Positions 58,228-64,000 of a stretch of DNA of 64,000 bases are shown here, in pieces (position 1 is the first letter of the stretch; every line of letters starts with the position of its first letter). The stretch is taken from IMG/VR virus record IMGVR_UViG_3300008113_000012, positions 32,001 to 96,000 of that record, one strand, 5' to 3'. The position numbers and the translations under genes are program-made. Under the pieces are notes generated by a model. It was not told where the DNA came from. It saw only the letters and a list, made by a program, of their open reading frames with translations, and searched no databases. The DNA is from a virus.

Positions 58228-61200
58228 ATGGCATTAAGTTCACCAGGCGTAGAAGTCAAAGTAATTGACGAATCATTTTATACACCAGCAGCACCAGGTA
58301 CAGTACCTTTAATTATTGTAGCTTCTGCTGAAAATAAAGCAAACAGCGGAGCTACCGGAACCGCCCCGGGTACACTTAAAGCTAACGCTGGAGAAGTTTA
58401 TCTTCTAACAAGTCAGAGAGATCTCGGAGACACATTTGGTGATCCAATCTTCAAAACTGATGCAAGCAATAATCCAGTTCATGCCGGTGAGCAAAACGAA
58501 TACGGTCTACAAGCCGCATACAGTTTACTAGGTGTTAGCAATCGTGCATTTGTTGTACGTGCTGACTTAGATCTAGCACAATTAGATGCCCAAGCAACTG
58601 AACCAGATGCAACACCTGCAAATGGTACGCACTGGTTAGATACACAAATTACAGCATTTGGTATCTTTGAATGGAATGGAGCAAGTGCTATTACTAGAGG
58701 TGGACAAAAGTTTACTAATAAAATTCCACGTGTAATTACAGATCCAACTCAAGTAGTTGACACAGATTATGGTCTAGCACCATTATCTTCAATTGGTTCA
58801 ATCGGTGATTATGCCGTTGTTATGACTGATGCAGACTCAAATACTCCAGCACTAACAACATCAGTTCCAGGTACAGTATGGTATAAGAGCCGCGGTGTAG
58901 CTCCTGGTCAAACTCCAGGACAGTGGGTTAAAGTGGGAACTGATGAATGGTTTAAAGCATGGCCAACTATTACTGGTTCTGCTGTAAATCCTACAGCAAC
59001 AGCAGGTAATACATTAACAATTACTGCTGACGGTGTTACTAGTGCAGGCATCGCATTTGGTGCATCTTTACAAGAATTAGTTGATAACATTAACGATGTC
59101 ATGGACGGAACTGGCATTACTGCTGCTCGTGTTAACGGTAAACTAGAAATTTACTGCGACGGAACAGTTGGTGGAGATCCGACAGACAGTGCAACTAGTA
59201 ATGCAATTACTATTGCAGCCGGAACAACTGCTGCAGAAACTGCTCCTCTAGTTGGAGCATCGGCTTCAGTTAGTGCGTTAGGTATTAAAACAGGAACATA
59301 CTATGCTCCAAGATTGCAAATTACTCCGCACACACAACCACCACAATACAAGAGTACTGCTGCTGGACCTCGTCCAACAGGTAGTATATGGTTAAAAACA
59401 ACTGAGCCTAATCTAGGTGCTCGTTTCCGTGTTAAGCGTTGGAACGAAACTACCCTAGCATGGGAAACAGTTAATTCTCCTGTTTATCTAACTGGCCAGG
59501 AAGCAATTTATAATCTTGATAAATCCGGTGGCGGCAAGAACTTAGCAGTTGGCCAACTATATGTTCAGGCTAATTACACTGAACAAAACGGTACAGATGA
59601 TACTCCAAGAATTGCAGAATGGAAAGTTTGGAGACGAAGCGGAACTAGTGCAATGACACAGATTAGATCAGTAGCTAATCCAGCAGGTGTTGGAACTGGT
59701 ACTGTTTCTAGAACAATTAAAATTGCAGAAAGCGTATTAGATAGTACAGTACTTGGTGACTACGATGGCGATGGCACTTACAGCAACAAGACTGTTACAT
59801 GGACTACTACAGGCACACAAGGTGATGCAGCAGCTTTAGCTACTGCAATTAACGCAGCAAATTTTAGTAATATCGAAGCATCTGTTGATAGCCAATTCCG
59901 AATTACTATTAGTCATCGTTTAGGTGGCGAATTTAGAATTATTAACGGTTCTGCAAAAGGCGATGTTGCTAATCCTTTAACCTTATACGGATTTGCTGCA
60001 TACAACTACGAACCGGGCGCCTCGAATGCAGGCGCTACTGAATATTTGCAAAATGCACCAAGTGGCGATTTAGTTCATGACTTAATTGCTAGTAACTGGG
60101 TGCCGTTAGTTTATTCTGCAAGCAATGATGCTCCAAGTCGTATCCCAGCAGAAGGTAGACTATGGTATAGTTCAGTAATCGACGAAGTCGATCTTATGGT
60201 ACATGATGGCGATAACTGGGTAGGTTATCAAAACTTTGATGAGTATACTGGTACAGATCCAGAAGGTCCAATTGTTAGTGCAACTGCTCCAGAAACACAA
60301 AGTGATGGTACAGCATTAGTTACAGGTGACTTATGGGTTAGCACAGCTGACATAGAGAACTTCCCACAAATTTACAAGTTCAATTTTGATCTAGAAAATG
60401 TACCTATTGCAAAAAGATGGATTTTATTAGACACAACAGATCAAACATCTGAAGATGGTGTTTTATTTGCTGATGCACGATATAACACTAGTGGTATAAA
60501 CAGCTACGAAGCTGGTTCTATTGTATCATTATTGACTAGCGATTACCTAGACCCAGACGCTCCGGACCCAGCATTATATCCACGTGGTATGTTGCTATGG
60601 AACCTACGTCGAAGCGGGTTCAATGTAAAAGAATTCAAACGTGACTATATTGACACAGCTGAAGACAACGTTCGTTATGACCCATCAAATACTGGTGGCG
60701 AGTCGCAAGCCGATTACTGGCCACACCGTTGGGTGACTGCATCTGGCAATCAAGCCGATGGCTCAGGTAGTTTTGGTCGTAAGTCACAACGTGCAGTAGT
60801 TGTTAAAGCTCTACAGGCTACAGCTAATAGCAATCAACAAATCCGTGACGAAGACGGACGTATTTTTAACTTGATCGCTTGCCCAGGATATCCTGAACTA
60901 ATTGGCGAAATGGTTAACTTAAACTATGATCGTGGATTAACAGCGTTTGTAGTTGGTGATACTCCAGCTCGTCTAACTCCAGATGCAACTTCATTGCTTG
61001 CATGGGGTAATAACGCAGACGGTGCATTAGAAGACAACGATATTGGCGCAGCTAGTTTCGATGAATATATGGCTATGTTCTATCCATGGGGCTTCACAAG
61101 TGATAACGCTGGCAATAACATTGCAGTTCCTCCAAGTCACATGATTTTAAGAACTATTGCTCTAAGCGACCAAGTTAGCTATCCATGGTTTGCGCCAGCT

Positions 61201-61716
61201 GGTGTACGTCGTGGTGGTATTACTAACGCAACAGCAGTTGGTTATATCAGTTCAGAAGGTGAATTCAAGTCAGTTGCATTGAACAACGGACAACGTGATA
61301 CACTATATGAAACAAAAGTTAACCCGATCACATTCTTTACTGGAACAGGATTAGTTAACTACGGACAAAAGACACGTGCTCGCGCAGCCAGTGCTTTAGA
61401 TCGTATTAACGTAGCACGTTTAGTAATTTACTTACGTAGACAACTAAGCATCCTAGCTAAGCCATACATTTTTGAACCTAATGATAAAATCACTAGAGAC
61501 GAAGTTAAAGGCGCAGTCGAAAGTCTGTTGTTAGAGCTAGTCGGACAACGTGCTCTATATGACTATTTGGTAGTTTGTGATGAAAGTAACAATACTCCAA
61601 ACAGAATCGATAGAAACGAGCTATGGATTGACATTGCAATTGAACCAGTCAAAGCAGTTGAATTTATCTACATTCCACTACGTTTGAAGAATACTGGCGA
61701 AATCGCAGGTCTATAA
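58228..61716 (+). CDS. gp18: Tail sheath protein with large central insertion
   Basis: LSSPGVEVKVIDES, WFAPAG..RG, RDTLYE..VNPI, RINVARL, FEPND..TR, VCDESNNTP..IDRNEL, IEP.KAVEFIY; TAAATA at 58190-58195. Confidence 0.95.
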   Translation: MALSSPGVEVKVIDESFYTPAAPGTVPLIIVASAENKANSGATGTAPGTLKANAGEVYLLTSQRDLGDTFGDPIFKTDASNNPVHAGEQNEYGLQAAYSLLGVSNRAFVVRADLDLAQLDAQATEPDATPANGTHWLDTQITAFGIFEWNGASAITRGGQKFTNKIPRVITDPTQVVDTDYGLAPLSSIGSIGDYAVVMTDADSNTPALTTSVPGTVWYKSRGVAPGQTPGQWVKVGTDEWFKAWPTITGSAVNPTATAGNTLTITADGVTSAGIAFGASLQELVDNINDVMDGTGITAARVNGKLEIYCDGTVGGDPTDSATSNAITIAAGTTAAETAPLVGASASVSALGIKTGTYYAPRLQITPHTQPPQYKSTAAGPRPTGSIWLKTTEPNLGARFRVKRWNETTLAWETVNSPVYLTGQEAIYNLDKSGGGKNLAVGQLYVQANYTEQNGTDDTPRIAEWKVWRRSGTSAMTQIRSVANPAGVGTGTVSRTIKIAESVLDSTVLGDYDGDGTYSNKTVTWTTTGTQGDAAALATAINAANFSNIEASVDSQFRITISHRLGGEFRIINGSAKGDVANPLTLYGFAAYNYEPGASNAGATEYLQNAPSGDLVHDLIASNWVPLVYSASNDAPSRIPAEGRLWYSSVIDEVDLMVHDGDNWVGYQNFDEYTGTDPEGPIVSATAPETQSDGTALVTGDLWVSTADIENFPQIYKFNFDLENVPIAKRWILLDTTDQTSEDGVLFADARYNTSGINSYEAGSIVSLLTSDYLDPDAPDPALYPRGMLLWNLRRSGFNVKEFKRDYIDTAEDNVRYDPSNTGGESQADYWPHRWVTASGNQADGSGSFGRKSQRAVVVKALQATANSNQQIRDEDGRIFNLIACPGYPELIGEMVNLNYDRGLTAFVVGDTPARLTPDATSLLAWGNNADGALEDNDIGAASFDEYMAMFYPWGFTSDNAGNNIAVPPSHMILRTIALSDQVSYPWFAPAGVRRGGITNATAVGYISSEGEFKSVALNNGQRDTLYETKVNPITFFTGTGLVNYGQKTRARAASALDRINVARLVIYLRRQLSILAKPYIFEPNDKITRDEVKGAVESLLLELVGQRALYDYLVVCDESNNTPNRIDRNELWIDIAIEPVKAVEFIYIPLRLKNTGEIAGL

Positions 61717-61733
61717 TATAAAGGAAGAATAAC

Positions 61734-62360
61734 ATGGCAATCGCAACATTATCAAGATTTACAGTGCCCCTAGCTAGCGATCAATCTGCTAGCACACAAG
61801 GCATGTTGATGCCAAAGTTGAAATATCGCTTTAGAGTGATGTTTGAAAACTTTGGTGTATCAACACCGACTACAGAACTTACTAAACAGGTCATTACTGC
61901 TGTTAAGCCAAACGTACAGTTTGCAAACCAAGTAATTGAAATTTACAACAGTAAAATCAACTATGCTGGTAAGCACACATGGCAACCGATGGCAATCAGT
62001 TTACGTGATGACGTAACCGGTCAAGTTAGTAAACTAGTAGGCGAACAGATGCAAAAGCAGTTTGACTTCTTTGAACAAGCATCAGCAGCTAGTGCAGTTG
62101 ACTATAAGTTTACATTACGTATTGAAGTACTTGACGGCGGCAACGGCGCAAGCACACCAAACGTTTTAGAAACATGGGAATGCTACGGATGCTACATTGT
62201 AACTGCTAACTACCAGAACTTGAGTTATGCTGAACAAGGTCCAATGCAAATTGACTTGTCAATTCAGCCAGATAACTGTTTACAAATTCCGACTGGTGCA
62301 GGTATTGGTGCTACTGTAGCACGTACTACTGGCACAAACGCAACAGGCGGCGGTGTTTAA
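61734..62360 (+). CDS. gp19: Tail tube protein
   Basis: PKLKYRFRV, YAGKHTWQPMAISLRDD, ETWECYGC; directly follows the sheath gene. Confidence 0.88.
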   Translation: MAIATLSRFTVPLASDQSASTQGMLMPKLKYRFRVMFENFGVSTPTTELTKQVITAVKPNVQFANQVIEIYNSKINYAGKHTWQPMAISLRDDVTGQVSKLVGEQMQKQFDFFEQASAASAVDYKFTLRIEVLDGGNGASTPNVLETWECYGCYIVTANYQNLSYAEQGPMQIDLSIQPDNCLQIPTGAGIGATVARTTGTNATGGGV

Positions 62361-62371
62361 ATAACTTCAAG

Positions 62372-62396
62372 AAAAGCAGCTTAGGCTGCTTTTTTT
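62372..62396 (+). terminator. Intrinsic terminator after the tail tube gene
   Basis: AAAAGCAGC-TTAG-GCTGCTTTTTTT. Confidence 0.88.
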
Positions 62397-62443
62397 GTGA
62401 TTTTTATTATCTACCCAGTTAATAGGGATGGATAAATATTACT

Positions 62444-63487
62444 ATGCCAAGTTACGCTAATAGACAATTCATCAGTTCAGGTCCTGCATTACGCGACTTT
62501 CAACATGCCGCACGAGCATTTGTTGACGGCGATTTTGCACTAGCTCCGAGGCTAAAGTTTCAACACCATGTTGTATTCAGTACACTTGGAGGTTCAAATG
62601 CTCAACTAAGTTTGTTAGCAAAAACTGCTGACACTCCTAAGTTTGCAGTAACAACTGAAACTGCTAATCAGTATAATAAAAAAAATGTCATTATGACCGG
62701 TATTACATACAGTCCTATAACATTTAAATTGTATGATGACAACTCAGGCGTTGCTAGAAAATTGTGGGAAAGTTACTATGCTTACACATTTGGCGACCAC
62801 GGTGCAGCAAAAGCAGGGTTGTATGGAAAAAGTTTAGGACCTAATTTTACTAGTTATGGTTTAGAAAATCAACCTATAGTACCGTTTTTAAATTACATTA
62901 AAGTGCATACCTTTGCAAAACGCAGTTGGTCCGGTTATACATTAATTAATCCAGTTATTACTGCATGGTCAAGTGATAACTTTGATTGGACAAGTTCATC
63001 ACCTGCAGAGCACACGTTAACGGTGGCGTATGATGCTGTAACATTTGACGGTGGCAGCGCAGGTGCTGGCAGTCCTCCTAACTTTGGTAACCAGGGATAT
63101 GACTCAACACCTAGTCCTTTGCGTACAGCAGGTGGAGGCTCATCACCTGTTTCTGGAGTTCCTAACGGACAAAAGAACGGTGCAGCACAAGTGTTTGGTA
63201 CTGAGACTAGAAAAACTGACCCGTCATCTACCTTTAAAACATTACCAGCTAATAACGCATCAATTAATACATACAACAATGTAGTAGGATTAACACCTCA
63301 AGGTTCCGCAAATTCTACAAAAAACATTGTGCTTGGAGCGGCAATAGGAGCGGCAATAGGAGCGGCTGTCGGCGCAGCAATAGGAGCAGCAGCCGGCAAC
63401 GGCGCATTTAATAATACATCATTTCCATTAAGCGATAGAGATAATAAAACATCTGCTACTGCAAGACGAGTAGTAAATAAGGCATAA
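62444..63487 (+). CDS. Tube-fold baseplate protein (gp48/gp54-like tube initiator)
   Basis: LLAKTADTPKF...NQYN...ITYSPITFKLYDD...YTLINPVI...LTVAYD is a tube-like pattern; C-terminal GAAI repeats. Confidence 0.7.
   Translation: MPSYANRQFISSGPALRDFQHAARAFVDGDFALAPRLKFQHHVVFSTLGGSNAQLSLLAKTADTPKFAVTTETANQYNKKNVIMTGITYSPITFKLYDDNSGVARKLWESYYAYTFGDHGAAKAGLYGKSLGPNFTSYGLENQPIVPFLNYIKVHTFAKRSWSGYTLINPVITAWSSDNFDWTSSSPAEHTLTVAYDAVTFDGGSAGAGSPPNFGNQGYDSTPSPLRTAGGGSSPVSGVPNGQKNGAAQVFGTETRKTDPSSTFKTLPANNASINTYNNVVGLTPQGSANSTKNIVLGAAIGAAIGAAVGAAIGAAAGNGAFNNTSFPLSDRDNKTSATARRVVNKA
63335..63394 (+). repeat. Five 12-nt tandem repeats encoding a GAA(I/V/A) glycine zipper
   Basis: GGAGCGGCAATA twice, then three degenerate copies. 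Confidence 0.85.
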
Positions 63488-63488
63488 A

Positions 63489-63869
63489 ATGGCAGTTGAA
63501 CAAACAAGTAATTTACCTAAACGTACTTCAGCAGATAGTAGTGATGAAGTTAGAAATTTCTTTGACAAATATTTCTTACATCAAATTACATTTCCAACAA
63601 ATCAAATTGATGCAATTGTTGGATTCTTTTTAAAAAGAGGATTTGACGACAGTGCTGCTCGAAGCACATCAATTGTATTGTTAAATCAATCTAGATTAGA
63701 AAATGTAAATCCTTTTGAATTGCTTGACACATTAAAAGGGTTAAGCGAAGCGCAATTAAGTAAGGTAGTAACAGAAGTACTTAACGTTTATAGAGACAGG
63801 CGATCTGCTCTAGGATATAAATTAACTAGTGTTGAAGAAACTGTTGAGAGTCGAAATATTATACAGTAA
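63489..63869 (+). CDS. Hypothetical protein
   Basis: 126 aa, coupled to both neighbouring genes. Confidence 0.7.
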   Translation: MAVEQTSNLPKRTSADSSDEVRNFFDKYFLHQITFPTNQIDAIVGFFLKRGFDDSAARSTSIVLLNQSRLENVNPFELLDTLKGLSEAQLSKVVTEVLNVYRDRRSALGYKLTSVEETVESRNIIQ

Positions 63870-64000
63870 TGGCTCGCTTTGCACAAGGAAAATACACACT
63901 AGTTAACCCAGACAAGTATGTAGGAAACAAAACTCCAACATATCGTAGCTCTTGGGAATGGCACTTTATGCGATTCTGTGACTCAGATGCTCGCATACTA
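63869..64000 (+). CDS. gp4: Head completion nuclease (T4 gp4-like / TnsA N-terminal fold), 3'-truncated
   Basis: TAATG overlap; translates as MARFAQGKYTLVNPDKYVGNKTPTYRSSWEWHFMRFCD, with the NP.KY.G and YRSSWE motifs. Not in the ORF track. Confidence 0.85.
   Translation, partial: MARFAQGKYTLVNPDKYVGNKTPTYRSSWEWHFMRFCDSDARIL

Noticed and set aside
2147-63507. Many antisense or alternate-frame ORFs in the track (e.g. 4452-4925, 5442-5993, 9573-10397, 24432-24938, 40338-40730)
   Set aside because: They shadow well-supported genes, lack RBS or motifs, and are explained by codon bias of the sense gene.
1-64000. CRISPR array, tRNA genes, IS elements, inteins
   Set aside because: No regularly spaced repeat-spacer run, cloverleaf, transposase or intein splice motifs were seen.
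1-64000. Stop-codon reassignment (gene ends checked are almost all TAA)
   Set aside because: All conserved genes are full length under the standard code, so there is no in-frame TAG/TGA evidence.

Overview
This window is the virion morphogenesis region of a large, AT-rich T4-like (myovirus) phage genome, with a gene order rearranged relative to T4. It starts in a Rad50/SbcC-like gp46 gene, followed by a small basic protein, a GIY-YIG gene and a ~440-nt non-coding stretch that folds into a highly structured RNA with two pseudoknots. Next come a gp26/gp51-like pair joined by a slippery sequence, a tape-measure-like gene and the head module (portal, core/scaffold, protease, major capsid). About 34 kb of fibre/appendage genes follow, including 1268, 1746, 2723 and 3473 aa modular proteins and a 13%-Cys tip protein. 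After these are a glycosyltransferase-carbamoyltransferase-sulfotransferase operon, NUDIX, gp15/gp14/gp13, dNMP kinase, an HNH-like gene, sheath, tube, a tube-like baseplate protein and the start of a gp4-like gene. A TAAATA late-promoter motif recurs before most transcription units. Best leads: (1) tandem phycobiliprotein-like (C-x-R-D-x-G) helical domains in the giant fibres, (2) the GIY-YIG-associated structured RNA, (3) the Cys-rich tip plus late glycan-tailoring operon, (4) a G/GT-type -1 frameshift in gp26/gp51, (5) apparently leaderless late mRNAs. All calls come from reading motifs by eye; no searches or folding programs were run.
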